Shown here piece by piece: positions 27,623 through 42,771 of a stretch of DNA of 64,000 nt. The position numbers and the translations under genes are program-made. The notes under the pieces were generated by a model. It saw only the letters and a list, made by a program, of their open reading frames with translations. It did not search any database and was not told the DNA's origin. The DNA is from Octopus vulgaris (taxonomy: Eukaryota): positions 97,712,001 through 97,776,000 of the forward strand of contig OX597815.1 of the NCBI GenBank assembly GCA_951406725.2. The letters are read 5' to 3'. How positions within the stretch are numbered: the first letter of the stretch is position 1; each line of letters starts with the position of its first letter.

Positions 27623-28529
27623 CATCCCTTGAAGGAATTTATAACTTCATTGTCAAAAATCGCCAAAGCAATGTTATTCTTTGTTGTCATATTGTTACTG
27701 CTAACATTGCTGACTTTGTCATCGTCGCCATCGTTGTCATCGAAATAATCGTTGTTTAATGTCGCCATTTTTTTTTATCGCAAAACTGTTTGCTCTTTTG
27801 TGACTGTTTTTTTCTTTCTGTGTTTTGTTTCGTTTGTCTTGTTCAGTTCTGGTTACTGTTTCGTTACTTACGTCCTTATCTCCCTTAATCTCTTATTTCG
27901 TTTGTTTTGATTTATAATATAAAATTAAAGAAAAATCAGGAAAAAGTTAAAAATGGACATTATGAAAACGGAAAAAAAGTTTTGTGTTTTTCCCAATATT
28001 GCTCATAATTCCATGACGTTTTGTTATTTTTTCATATACATGACAGCTCATATGTTATTTGCATTGCTATCTATATGACTAATATATTTCGTTCTTTTTT
28101 CCCTTCAGATGAATAGTAGAATTCACACACACACAAACATTTCAAAGAACAACTTAAATATCGCTCGATATATATATTTCATGAGATGTAACAGGTGGAT
28201 GTCTTTGTTTCTTCGTATACAATTCTTCATTTTTTTTCCTTTCTTTCTTTCTTTTTGCTTGTATTTTAAAAATTAGTTTGTAGTGTCTATTCACAAAGGG
28301 GAGACGGTGATGAAAAAAGTGGAGAACCTATCTTTTGAAATGCATGCGAATCTGAATGTAAAACAACATCTTATGCTCTTAAATGAGTACGGTAAAGAAC
28401 AAATCATTCATTCATAGAGCCGGGCAAGCAAGAAGTATAAAAGTATTAAAAGGGTTATATATATATATATGAGTGTGTGTGAGCCAAAATATATGAATAC
28501 ATGCTTGTAAAATAGCTGCCTCTTCCTTT

Positions 28530-28561
<32 letters not shown>

Positions 28562-29083
28562 TTATACACATACATACTCACGCGCACACACATATATATT
28601 TGTATGTACATGTGTGTGTGTACACACATATGTTTCTTCTGGATGCATGAATGTACTTGTGTATGAATGTATATGTTAATGTTCGAAATTCTGTTGGTAT
28701 CTAAACTTCGAGTAAATATCTCACAATGTGAATATAAGTGAATACAGAGTTATTTGTAAATGGCTGTTGCTAGACTTCCGCACGTTAAAATATCATGTTC
28801 TACATAGATTATATATATATCATGAAATAAATACATATAAACTCTGCGTATATCGACGAACAAAAGATACACAAACATAACAACAGTCTTTTTTTTTGCG
28901 AATTATAATAAAGTAACAATGCAAATAAATTTCAAATGTTAGAAAAATTACGCATAGTATGTATTAAATTTATTCGTAGACACGCATATACTTGCATATT
29001 GCACACATACATACAACATACATGCATATTGTAAACCTATATTATATATGCATAAATGCACAAAATGTATGTGTACTATATAC

Positions 29084-29124
<41 letters not shown>

Positions 29125-29905
29125 TATAAACTAATATTTCAATAACAAATGACAAATATGTCAAGGGAAAGTATACATTTCTAGATATAAGTATGATATA
29201 TATATATATATATATTATATTATATAATATATTATTGTATGTTTATGAAATGTATATATACTATATCATATATCATGTATATTCGTTATATAAATTATAT
29301 ACTTGATATATTATACCTATTGACAAATAGTGTGCATTTTTAAATATATACACATATACACAATGCATATATAATATGAAATAAGTATCTTCCCAAATAA
29401 GCATATGTAGTGTATATATATATATATATATATATTCAGAGAGAAAGAGGGAGAGAATGAATGCGATTACATATTACGTGTGTATGTATATTTGTGTGTT
29501 TGTGCACATAAGGATAAATAAGAGAGTGCATAGAGTGGGAATTAGAAAATCTAGATGTTACTGTATATTTTTAATTCTATCTGGTATCTTGGTTGCTTTG
29601 TTGGTTGCTTTTACCAGACATATAGCAGTTGTCTTCATTTAGATCAAGATGATACAATAGTTAAAATAAAAAATATTTTAACTACTCAAAATAATAATTA
29701 CATGCAATATATAATTATACAGCGTGTCTTTTATGAATGCTTAAACTCAGAATAAAGCTGTATGGATAGTCATATATATGTGTGCGTGTAATTAATATGA
29801 ATAGGATGCAATATATACATACACACATAGCTACATATGCAATGATATAGATACTTGCATACATATATCTACATATTTTCACGTACAATACATACATATA
29901 TATAA

Positions 29906-29958
<53 letters not shown>

Positions 29959-29992
29959 TGAATGAATAACAGACAGACAGATAGATACAGAT

Positions 29993-30031
<39 letters not shown>

Positions 30032-30343
30032 GGTGTGTGTGTTTGTAAGGATATACTTATTTAAGCAGAGCTCATTTAGGTATTTCTCCTTTAATTAAAA
30101 ATATGATGAACCTCAGACGATTTTCTTATGACAGGTGAGTACATCAATATGACCAATTCCAGAGAAACACGCAGCTAATTTGCATTGTATACTCAACAAT
30201 TACAATAGATCCGTGTATAAACGTAGAGACACAACGCCCACATATATATATATATATATATAAACAAATATAGATACGCATACTATTTGAATTTATATAT
30301 ACGGGTACATACATATGTATACGTATGTGTGCAAATCGATACA

Positions 30344-30486
<143 letters not shown>

Positions 30487-30660
30487 ATTAACACTGAAGA
30501 GAAATTATTTCATAATTTTTTTAGTTCTATCGGCAAGTCGTCTTCAACCGGTTTCCTTAAGAATGAAAACTATGTTATATAAAGGAAAACTTATAGACAG
30601 ATTACATGGTAAAATCTTCCCGAGTTTGTTGAACTTACCATTATTCGTCTTCAGGATAAG

Positions 30661-30876
30661 CCGGCGAGCTACCAGCATCGCTAACATACCGGGTGAAATG
30701 CTCATCTGTATTCCGCCCGTCGCTTGGTTCACAGTTCAAATTCCGCCGAGGTCGACTTTGTCTTACATCTTTTCGGGGTCGACAAATTAAGTACTAGTCG
30801 AGCATTAGCTCTATATAATCGACTAGTCCCCGCCCTCAAAATTGTAGGCCTTCTGCCTAAAAGAGAAAGGATTATT
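30661..30876 (+). mobile_element. tRNA-derived SINE
   Basis: GGCGAGCT...GTTCAAATTCCGCCGAGGTCGACTTTG...TTCGGGGTCGA..AAATTAAGTAC. Same family as 42772, 42983, 45006 and 56500. Confidence 0.8.
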
Positions 30877-30983
30877 AGTTTCCAGGATATATATCTAGTT
30901 GCCGGCAAAGCTAAGATATACGTGGCCATACAAATATATTATAAAACACGTGCAATTATTTATTGCTGTTATTTACCTTCTAA

Positions 30984-31062
30984 TTGGTTATTACTCCATT
31001 ACTGGGTATTACTTGGGTATTACTCCATTACTGGGTATTACTTGGGTATTACTCCATTACTG
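30984..31062. repeat. 29-bp minisatellite, ~2.7 copies
   Basis: TTGGGTATTACTCCATTACTGGGTATTAC repeated head to tail. Confidence 0.9.
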
Positions 31063-31097
31063 CAAACACACATCCATAATTACTTCCATACAAACAG

Positions 31098-31217
<120 letters not shown>

Positions 31218-31244
31218 TGACAGACAGACAAATATACATAGAAA

Positions 31245-31292
<48 letters not shown>

Positions 31293-32266
31293 TATATACA
31301 TATATACATGCATATATACATTTTAATATAAACATTTCTACTCTCGTATTTATATCTAAGTACGTTTTTGTAATCATGATATGTGCGCACGTGTTCATAC
31401 ACTAAGTCAAAGGTTATCACATAAATGTGCAAAATATTTATGGAAATATATATAAGTATATGTATAAACAATTACATAATTGCAACACAAAGTCACACAT
31501 TCAAACACACGCACTATGTATATGTATACATATGTGTATATGGATATTTTTCTCTTCTGTCCTTAGTTTAAACGTATACTGGAAGTTTCTTCGGGCAGAT
31601 TACCATGATTCTTTATTCTATTTGAAAATACAGTAGAGTGAGCGATGTGCTTGAGAATACTAAAATTGTACACCTATGTTAGTCCCAGCTGACTACGTAA
31701 ATTTCTTTCTAGGCTAATCTCCGGTTTCAAGTATTTTTTCTTTCGTTCATTATTGCAGACACATTATCCATGTGTGTGTGTGTGTGCGCGCGTATGTGTG
31801 TGTATGTAGACACAATATATAAATATATGGGATACACTCCCATACACTACATACATATACACTCACATTTAAACATATATATACGTGCATGAGTGTGCAT
31901 ATATGCAGTTCTGAACGGTGTTCTTTTTGTAATTGTTTTCCCTTGATCTTTATGATATGAAATATAAATTAAAGTTACAATTTGTTCCCTTACAGTAGCT
32001 TGTCTAATGCAAAAGGCATAATTGAAACATGTTCTATAAATATTTCATTTTGACCTTTGTGTATTTCGATTCAGTAGTCTGTCCTTCCAGGAAATATATA
32101 TTGTAAAATCTCATTCAAGCCTTCAAATAACTAAGACTATAACTTAGGTGCCTTTTTTATGGTGGGGTTTCATGTCAGAATAAGGCAAGTAGGATTGTCA
32201 GCCATATATTTTGGGTCTAGTTTCTGTTCACTGCAATGTATGTGTGTGTGTGCATATATATATATA

Positions 32267-32472
32267 GTTAATCCCAACAAGAACACACAAAAAGAAAATA
32301 CAACAACGTGAGGACGAGGAACAAGTATAGTATTATTGTACGCTAAGGAAAGAAGGAGGGTCTAACGTTTCGAGCGGAGGTCTTCGTCAGAACATAGGAA
32401 AAGGAATGATCCAAAGAAGGGGAGACGGAGGAAAAAGTCGCCAACGGTACACACGCGGTCACATTTTGAATG
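32267..32472 (-). mobile_element. Penelope-type pseudo-LTR fragment with a minimal hammerhead motif
   Basis: The - strand at 32358-32396 reads tgtt-CTGACGA-agacctccgctc-GAAAC-GTT-aga: both core halves, palindromic AACGTT stem III, stems I and II partly decayed. Confidence 0.7.
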
Positions 32473-32523
32473 TATATATATATATAAAACAAAGTGAAGT
32501 TGTAAGGTACCGCATGAGTGGAA

Positions 32524-32936
32524 ATATATAAGAAAGAAGGTTTGAAAATGCAATTTTAACGATGTTTATTCACTTGACTGGTTTCACTTTTTTAGAAAAA
32601 GATTGTCAAAAGTAAAATGTAAAGCTTTGTATGAGCTTTGTTCCGTTAAGTACTGGTTGTCACAAAAGTATTAAAATACATATATACATTCTTTGATAAC
32701 AATAAGAAAATGTTAGACACAGATATTTCCTTGTAAACTGTTTTTAATATTTTCTTATTATTATCAAAGAATGTATATCTGTAGTTTAATACTTTTGTGA
32801 CAACCAGTACTTAACGGAACAAAGCTTATACAAAGCTTTACATTTTACTTTTGACAATCTTTTTCTAAAAAAGTTAAACCGGTCAAGTGAATAAACATCT
32901 TTAAAATTGCATTTTCAAACCTTCTTTCATATATAT
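32524..32936. repeat. Near-perfect ~410-bp palindrome (two ~195-bp arms, 15-bp spacer) with hammerhead-like motifs in both arms
   Basis: Arms ~32524-32722 and 32738-32936 are reverse complements with only scattered mismatches. The ends run into TA repeats. Confidence 0.92.
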
Positions 32937-32984
32937 ATATATAGATAGATAGATAGATATGGATATAGATATATAGATAGATAT

Positions 32985-33061
<77 letters not shown>

Positions 33062-33184
33062 TATGTATGTACGTATGCATATGTATGTATACGTATGTAC
33101 ACACATATATACACATACATACACACATATATAATACATATATTTGTATACGTATAAAAATACATGTTAAAACTTAGATAAAAT

Positions 33185-35820
33185 GTAGATATATTTCGAC
33201 TAAAGATTGGTTCAGGCCATGTCTAACTTAATAGCACCGTCTGATAGCATTATCTAAATCCTTTTTGTTTATGGCCCATTCAAGTAGTGAATTCTTGTTG
33301 AATGAGTTGTATCCAGGTATGGGTGACTTTTCTGGTATTCCTTGAAGAAATCTGTCCAGACTCTGTTTATAGGTGATGGGATACTTTTACTCTTCAATCA
33401 ATTTTAGGACAATGTTAAACCGGGCAGGGCCTGTTGAAGAAAAGAAATTATGTCGCAGTGTACCTATATGTTCTGATCCTGAATTAGGCAGGGGACATAT
33501 GTCCCGTGGTCACAGCCTTCAATAAAACTTGAAACTAATGTTTAGGTCGTTTGGGCAATGCTGGCGATATATTCTCCACAACGTACGAATAATGTACCGT
33601 TCGCGGCGGCGCCAGAGAGAGTAGAGTTTCAAGGCTTTAATGCGGTCCCAGTAATCGAAATCAGTCATGCCTTCAATTCGTTTAGTGAGTGCCCTCTTGG
33701 TCGATTCAATCCTCCAGATGTTTTGTTTTGTATTGGGAGACCACAAGAGGCAGCAGTATTCGAGGTGTGGCCGTACAAAGGAGGAGAAAAGTGGAATGAT
33801 GACATCTTGTTCGCTGGACCGGAAGATTCTTAAGATCCAGGAGCTCATCCTACGAGCTATATCGGCCTGATTGTTGATGTGGGCACTCTAACTGAGATTG
33901 TTATCCACAATTACACCCAGGTCTCTGATATTAGATGCTATGAGCGGTTCCCCTGAAAGAGGAGAGTATGGCTGTTTTAGTATAGACTTTCTTCCAAAAT
34001 ACTCAAATTTTCCGTCGTTCAGTTGCATTTTGTTTGTATCTGTCCATTGACTCACAGCATATAGATCTTTGTTGAGGACTTGCTGGAGCTTAGTGTCATC
34101 AGCAAATATTTTCACTTTGCAGTGATTTACGATGCTAGAAAGGTCATTTATGTAAATTATAAAGAGGAGCAGGCCCAAGACAGTCCCCTGAGGTACACCA
34201 CTTGTGACTTTTGCTGGGCTTGAGAGGTCTCCATCGACCACAAAATTGTGTTCTATTCGCCAGGAAATGCTTAATCCAGTGTAGAAGTTTTCCACGGATT
34301 CCAACATTTTCAAATTTTGAGAGTAAGATTTTATGGTCAACCCAGTCGAACGCTTTAGTGAAGTCAAGATGCATGACACCTGTTCCCAAGGCTTTAAGTA
34401 TATCTTCAATGTGGTGTAAGAGCTGCGTTAGACAGTCTCTGCTACAGCGAAAGCCATGCTGATTTGCATTTAAGAGTTTGTGGGTCTCAAGGAAGTCAGC
34501 TATCCTTGATTTTCCCACTCTGTGAAACACTTTAATGATTTGGGAGGTGAGTGAGATTGGGCGATAGTTGACTGCGAGGGATCTGTTTCCCTGTTTGAAA
34601 ACCGGGATGACAGACTGGGATAGGAGCTGTTTCGGTATATAACCTAAGTCTAAAGAATTTCTCCAGAGATTGATCAGAGGGACTGCAAGTTGGTGTCTAC
34701 ATTCCTTCAGGAGACTAGCGGGGAATCTATCAGGGCCTACAGCTGTATAGTATTCTGACCTTATTTATTGTTTCTATGATGTCTGAGACAGTGAAGATTG
34801 TGCCCGAGATTTTATGTTGGGAATCAACTTCGTTCGATTCCTTTACGTCAATATCAGTGGGATCACTAATGATAGAACAGTATTGTTTCTGCAGTATTTC
34901 TGCCATTTCTTTAGCATCGTGTTGGGGAATATCTTTATCATCGATCAATGGCTCAATGGGTGAGACAATGGTTCCGTACTTATTTGCATAAGAATAGAAC
35001 ACATTTGGTTTCTGTTTGATGTTTTCGATTACTCACTGTTCCTCCGCAGCTCTTTGATTTTCAATGGAGGATTTCATGTCGGTCTGCAGATGAAGTTTTT
35101 CCAACTCCAGCCTTTTCATTGTTGTTGAATGTGAATGTTGTTTGTGGGAGTATTTTAATTGGTTGATTTTTTTTATTGAGTCTTTTGATGCGCCTGATGA
35201 GTGTCGTTTATTTTTATTTTTAGAGAGCCAGTTTCTGTTTGTGTTAGTGGATTTTGTAGAAAAGTGTTTTGAACCTGTATAAGTGACAATGTTCTAAAAG
35301 TGTTGCCATGCGGTCTCAATGTGAGTGGAACTGAGATGAAGGACAATTCCTTTCTGATTGCTCCCCAGTCTGCTTTGTGGATGTTTATGTTGTCAAAGCA
35401 GTACCGTGGAGTGGGATTGGCTGGTTTGGTTTTGATATGCCGGGAATTAAAATTGCAGAGTATCATGTCGGGGTTTGAGAGTAGAGTTTTTTCAACTAAA
35501 ATACTGTGAACAGAGCTAGAGTGGTTGGTAAATATTAGATCCAAGATCGTTTTATCCTGTCTTGTTGGTTCGAGCATTAGCTGAGTCAGGAAGAATTTAT
35601 CCATTAGATTAAAGAGTACTTCTGCTGCTGCTTTATCTGATGTAGGGCATTTGCCTAACTTCAGAGTATTTGTGGGCCAGTTTATACGAAGGAGATTAAA
35701 ATCACCCATCACTAGTATGTTTCCGGAGTTGTAATTTTGAAGGAAGGACTTGATTCTGTTGGGGCACTATTCAAAGCACTTTAGAGATGGTTGGGGAGGC
35801 CTGTAGAGACCAACAATAAT
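33185..35820 (-). mobile_element. 5'-truncated, decayed CR1-group LINE (APE endonuclease C-part plus reverse transcriptase)
   Basis: Broken - strand ORFs give [16 protein letters not shown]...LDLIFTN, QHGFR..RDCLTQLL...LDFTKAFD, SGVPQGTVLG.LLFIIYINDL...KIFADDTKL and RPHLEYCC.LWSP...RRRERY, with many frameshifts. Confidence 0.93.
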
Positions 35821-35875
35821 TATGCATACATATATATATATAGATACATATAAATATATATCCATATATATAAAC

Positions 35876-35909
<34 letters not shown>

Positions 35910-37555
35910 GTATACATATATATGTATGTATACATATAGACATATGTATACATATACATATATATATACCTATATATATATATATATATATACATATATA
36001 CATATATAATATATATACATACATATATATATACTTATATACATATATCTAGACATATACATATATATACATATACATTTGCACATAGGCAAGTATACAT
36101 GCATATATACATATGTATACATACATATCCATATGTATGCATACATATACATTTGTATACATATATATACACATACATGTCTTTATATATACACACATTC
36201 ATATATATATATACACATATGCATACATACATATTAGCGCTACTCTCTCTCTCTTTCTCTTTCTCTCGCTTAAGTCTATGGTTTTAATTGCGTTGATAGC
36301 TTGCAAGTATTCACTATATCACTATTTTAAGTATATTTCATTAGAGAGATGTTTACTGTGCGATAAATTTTAATCACCAAGTTTTGAAAATGGAACTGAA
36401 ATTCAGATTCTTGGTTGTACCATTTCGGTTTTAGTTTTCTTTTTAATTTTATATTTTTCATGCCTCCCAAGAAACGATCAAGTAATTGTAAATTTGTCAA
36501 TCGTTGCTCATCTATATAAGATACGTTTTGCTGATATAAGAAGTAGTTATTTTTAAAACCCGCTTTAGGTTATTTCGTGGAGATTATAATTTCTGATATT
36601 TCTTCGTTACAAGAAATCTCAATTTCACTGATCCTGAACTTCTAGATCGTGTATTGTTACTCTTTTCAAAACCAAAAACTGTTGCTTTATCAATTAACGA
36701 ATCTTTGAAAGTTAAGAGAAACAGGAATTTTAAATTTCTTGACAGAACCATTTCAGTGTAGAACACATGTTATAGGACCCAGGAGACGAAAAGAACCATG
36801 TACAAAATATGCATAAAATGGACACTTTGCTTCTTCTGTTAGTTTTGGCATAACATTAAATGACCAATAAATAATACATTTAACCTCTGCCAATCTTGCC
36901 AAAAGTTTAGCGGGGGGGAATACATTTACATAACTTTTATTATAAAAGTTTTAGTGTTCGTTATATATTTTAAATTTTTATAATAGTTTATCGTTGCAAA
37001 CATTAATTACAATTTTCAAACTAAAATCGGTTATCGAAACTTTATATAAATTTATTCCAAGAATAACCTCTATTGACAGAACAAACCAACGAACCTGGTT
37101 TCCATATGTTCGATAATTCCTTTATATTTTTCATTATTTTCTTTTGGTTATATTTCTTCTCCTTTTCGAATCTCTACTCAGAATTTGTACAATTTGTAAA
37201 AGCTTTGAAATGATAGTGAAACGTATTTATTTCTCACATTGAAATATTTATGAAGATGGTTTGGCTGATACATGTTAGAGAAAATGTATTAGAATGCTAT
37301 TCACTGTACTTGTAATTAATCAAGAACATATTCCACTAATAGATGTCATTACATTATATCACTTCATTTCATCAGGTACAAAGGTTTATAGTTTTTGGCA
37401 TAGGATAAATGTCATCAGAATAGAATAAACGAAGCACTCTCTAGCTCTATGCCCAGTATCTAGTAAATCATGGATCTATATATACATATAAATATACATA
37501 AGCAGGTAATCATAAAATATGCATATATGTTATACACAAATACAAAATTCCATAC

Positions 37556-37608
<53 letters not shown>

Positions 37609-38428
37609 CATGCATGTGTATGTATGTATGCACATATACTTATGCATGTATACATATTCATTCCTACTAATATATGCATACGTATACGTACATGCAGTAA
37701 AACGCAAATGCCACCACATCAAACGAACATTTATATTTGTGTATGAGTGCCCATGTGTGTGTGATGTGTGAGTATACACATATATATATAGCAACAAATG
37801 TATGTTTCTTTCACGCAGTTACATATATTTTCTCGGTAATCCTAGTTCCCAAGTTACATTCTTCACAGACGTAAGACACACTAACTTAGCAGGACACCAA
37901 AGTTTGAACAACGACATCAAAAACATTCTGCTCCAGATCAACAAATTAATAACTTATACTTTATGTCCTGAATAATCTCCCATATTTGTTGTAATCAAAT
38001 TCGTATGTGTATGTATTTCTATATCTATGGAGATATGTAAGTGAGCATGGATGTCTGCTATCATATATATCAGTTTTGTATGCATGTGGGTGTATACTTA
38101 CGATTGTGTGTATCACTATAAAAGAACATTCAAATACATTAATATATGTGTGTGGAAATATGAAAGCATCTGCATCTATATGTATTTATTTGTATGTGTG
38201 TGCGTGTATGTCTGTATTTATATGTATATGGTAGTTTGAACTGCTTTTAATTTCGCTGACGAAAGATCTAGTTATTTTGTCTGCTGGTTCTCATGTGATT
38301 GAAAGCCAGTGCGTTCATATCCGTCATTGTTTCAACAACTGAATGGCATCAAAACCTATCATTAGCTCGTCACAAGCTATTTTGAAATGATTGGAAAGAC
38401 CAAGTGCCTTAACACGCCATTTAATATA

Positions 38429-38483
<55 letters not shown>

Positions 38484-38563
38484 ATATATACATATATACA
38501 TATATATACACATATATATGTATACATACATATATAAACATATGTACACATATATATATACAC

Positions 38564-38595
<32 letters not shown>

Positions 38596-38707
38596 CTATA
38601 CATATATATACACATATGCAAATATATATACGTACATATATATATATGAATATATATGTATATATGTATATGTATATACAAAATATATGTATATATATCT
38701 ATCTATC

Positions 38708-38744
<37 letters not shown>

Positions 38745-39002
38745 GGATATGTATGTATATATATATATATGTATATTATATATTTGTATATACACATATA
38801 TATGTACATCTGTATATATATATATATATATATCTAACTATATATATTTATAAATATGCATACATATATATATGCATACATATATATATGCATATATATA
38901 CGTATACATATATATATGCATATATATATGTGTGCATATATATACATATATCTCTCTATATATACATATATAAATATACATATACATGCGCATATATATA
39001 TA

Positions 39003-39047
<45 letters not shown>

Positions 39048-39986
39048 GTATGTATATAAGTATCTATATTTATGCACAGTGATTTATGAAAAAAGTTAAC
39101 ATTGAACTGAATGATTACTTAATGCATTTTCGTAGATTACTTATTTTTTTAGACTACTACAAAGAATAGTTGATTGTGACTTCCAAGTTTTCTTTTGCTC
39201 ACCTTCGGCGTCAGTCTTTACCTTTATATAATATAGAAAAGTCGCTTTGAGTCGTTAGGTGGAGTGGCGTAAAATGACATTTGGATGAAATCAGGGTACA
39301 ATGGAGAAATACTTGTGTAGGAATAGGAGTAGAGTATGTGTTTGTGTGGTGTTGGTCTATAGGTTAAGGTGAAAGCATACATTTGATTTAATGAAGAAAT
39401 GCTATTATTGTTAAGTCAATCGTGGAAATAATTGTATCAGTCTATCGTGGAAGTAGCTGAGTAAACAGTCGTGTCAAATTCAGAAAGTTTGATTTTACTC
39501 TATTTTAGGATTCACAAAAGAATTTTGGTATGTTAATAAGTTGCACATGCAGCATGGTTCATATTAACGCAGAATGCCTATTGGCACTATTATATAATTT
39601 AAAATGATTTGAAGTGTTTTGTCAAGTTTAAGATTAAGCGGAATATATTGTGATAAATATTCATTGAGAGTTCACTAGTCTCTTTAAGTGTTATTATTAT
39701 ATATATATTAAGGTAGAAAATGTGTACAAGTAATTATACTACATCATTTATACATCGAGATGAATGCATAAATATGATTACATTTTCCCTCCATCTTTAA
39801 GGAGATATACATGTAAAATATCATAAAGAAGATATATAGTAATACATATGCGTATTCTCCTGAAATTGTACATATACTCATTATCATACTTGCATATTCA
39901 CTATGTACATCATGTCCATCAAAGAAAATATAGTTACATGGCTGCATACATTTATATATATACATATGTGTATGTATGTATATATG

Positions 39987-40085
<99 letters not shown>

Positions 40086-40955
40086 AGAAGTTAAGGAATG
40101 GAATAAATGGAATCCGGGTTACATATGTTTCATAGCATGTGGAACCACGAATGTGGTAAATATCCGAGTGTGGTGTTTATCGCGGGCTACCCTTCGGTAT
40201 ACCTGACAAACCTGGCAGCCTACTGCGAAATATAAAGTAATGTTTTTCAGCTTATTGTGTTTCGCCACAGAAACTTTCACAACCTTTTGCTCCAGTAAAC
40301 CAATATTGTTCCTGAAGGTTGGTTCTTTTTATATTTTCTACGGATTTCTTGAAGTTCACTCCGTTCCTACACCTGGATTATTGGATCTTACATTTATACA
40401 TTTATATATATATATATATATACAGCATTGGACATGTATAAATACATACCTAAGATCATTCATTCAATTTTACAATTTCTTCACAGAAATCATATACCAC
40501 TAACACAGGTTCTCTCCAGTTTGAGTTATATAGTGTGTCGGACTAATTTAAGCACAAAAATTCTTTTGTAAACCCTAAGACACAACAATATTCTACTGTC
40601 AATACAAAGTGTCGTGTCTTGAACCTAACACATATATTTATATGGTTATGTTTTGCACATGGCTAAACTCAAAACGATGGCAACATTTCCACATCAAAGT
40701 AAATAAAAATATCCTCCTCACAAATTTTATCAACCCACTCTGTTCAAGAATATATTCTTTCTCTAATACTTCTGATCTTCCTGTCTACACAACTACTTTC
40801 CTGGTCAATCTAAAATAAATCTAATTAACCATATGTACCCCAAAATACAACCTGTGAAACGTTCTATGAAGCTAAAAGGAGACCAAGCAAGGTAAAGGCC
40901 AAAGGAAACAAGCAACACAAACTTCAGAGTCACATTCAACTTTTTCTTTCAAAAG

Positions 40956-41011
<56 letters not shown>

Positions 41012-41181
41012 TACAAATATATATATATGTATATGTATATATATATGTGTGTATATATGTATATACTCGTACAACATATATGATTTATAAAATATGCATA
41101 GCATATACATGTATGTGTATATATGCATACATATATATATTCATATATATTGTATGTATATATGCATACATAGATATCTAT

Positions 41182-41218
<37 letters not shown>

Positions 41219-41261
41219 TAAAGGGAAACCACTATGTGGACACCCTTATGCTAGAAATAGA

Positions 41262-41312
<51 letters not shown>

Positions 41313-41418
41313 CATATAGATAGATATATGTCTCTATATGTATAAATATATATATATATGTATATATATATATTCATACACACACAAGCCTATACATCTG
41401 TACATATATATATATATG

Positions 41419-41461
<43 letters not shown>

Positions 41462-41578
41462 TTATATATCTATTGATATATCTAAATACATATATATATG
41501 TATTTATATATATATATTGATATATATATACATATATATATACACACATATATACATATATATATATATATAATTATG

Positions 41579-41612
<34 letters not shown>

Positions 41613-42089
41613 AGCAAAATATGAAAAAAGGAAAATATATTTGTGGCGTTGCTAACTGGATGCCATGTTCGTTTTGTTATGGATTGATATACAATACTCG
41701 TTGTTCTCTTGTTTTGCATCTTTGTTTCGTATCTTTGTTTTTCTCTTGCCGTTGGCCCCTAAATCGTATGTCCTTTGCCTCCTATTCCTCCACCTCCACT
41801 ACATTATCTTGTCATGTGTTCACTGCACTTGACCTACACTACAATTCTTATGTGTCACAAGAGTCTATCAGTGTATAATAAACATAATGTTGAAAAATAA
41901 TCCTTTTTTGTCTTATTTACAAGAAGAATAATTAAATAAAGAAATAAAGTAAAAGAAACAGAGAAACTATGAATGCAACCTTTCTGATACATAATATTTA
42001 CTTTCATATTTTGTTACACCAACACCCCACTAATCTTCATACAAATGCGCAGAATTAACCGATATGTCTAGTCCGCGATGTACTACATT

Positions 42090-42139
<50 letters not shown>

Positions 42140-42771
42140 TTTTTTGAAGGAGAATAATGACAAATAATTGGTACCAGCACTAGAAAGTCTGCGACCAGAT
42201 CTGCAATGGTTGGATGGACCGAGATCTTCACATAATATGACACAGCAATCAGCGATCTAAAGACATTTTGCAGCCGTCTCCTAGAGCAATTTCATTTGTT
42301 AAAGTGTCGAGAGAGTTCTGTGTGAGTGTGTATGTGTGTGTGCGTATTTGTGTGTACATGCGTGTGTATACATACATAATTAAATGTAAATCGAGGATAT
42401 TTCTTTAAAATATGAAGGATTTACTGAGGACATCCATGGCCAGTAATATTTCCAAAATGATGACACGGTCATCTGACCTAAAAGTAGCTGTCAAGTCTTC
42501 AAATAACATCCCATTTTTTATCAGAACAGAATATATGTAGCATCATGTGAAATCATCTAGTCATCCAGTTGATGAACGTGAAAAGAATCTTTAGAGAGCT
42601 TTTGGATAATTAGTTGCCTTCTTCGATCTTTACCTCAAATTCATCCGTGGTGAGATTTGCCTCTCATATTTCTAATGTCGGTAATATAACTACTCTTTAA
42701 ATACTAAGACTTGTTATATTTAGGAAACCTCTTCTAGATAAATATGCTGGTAATATTATAGATTAATATAA

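Noticed and set aside
30661-30876. tRNA gene suggested by the B-box GTTCAAATTCC
   Set aside because: No cloverleaf; it continues into a SINE body found several times in the window.
36460-36830. MPPKKR-starting segment resembling a transposon N-terminus
   Set aside because: Interrupted by stops, with no recognisable catalytic motif or termini.
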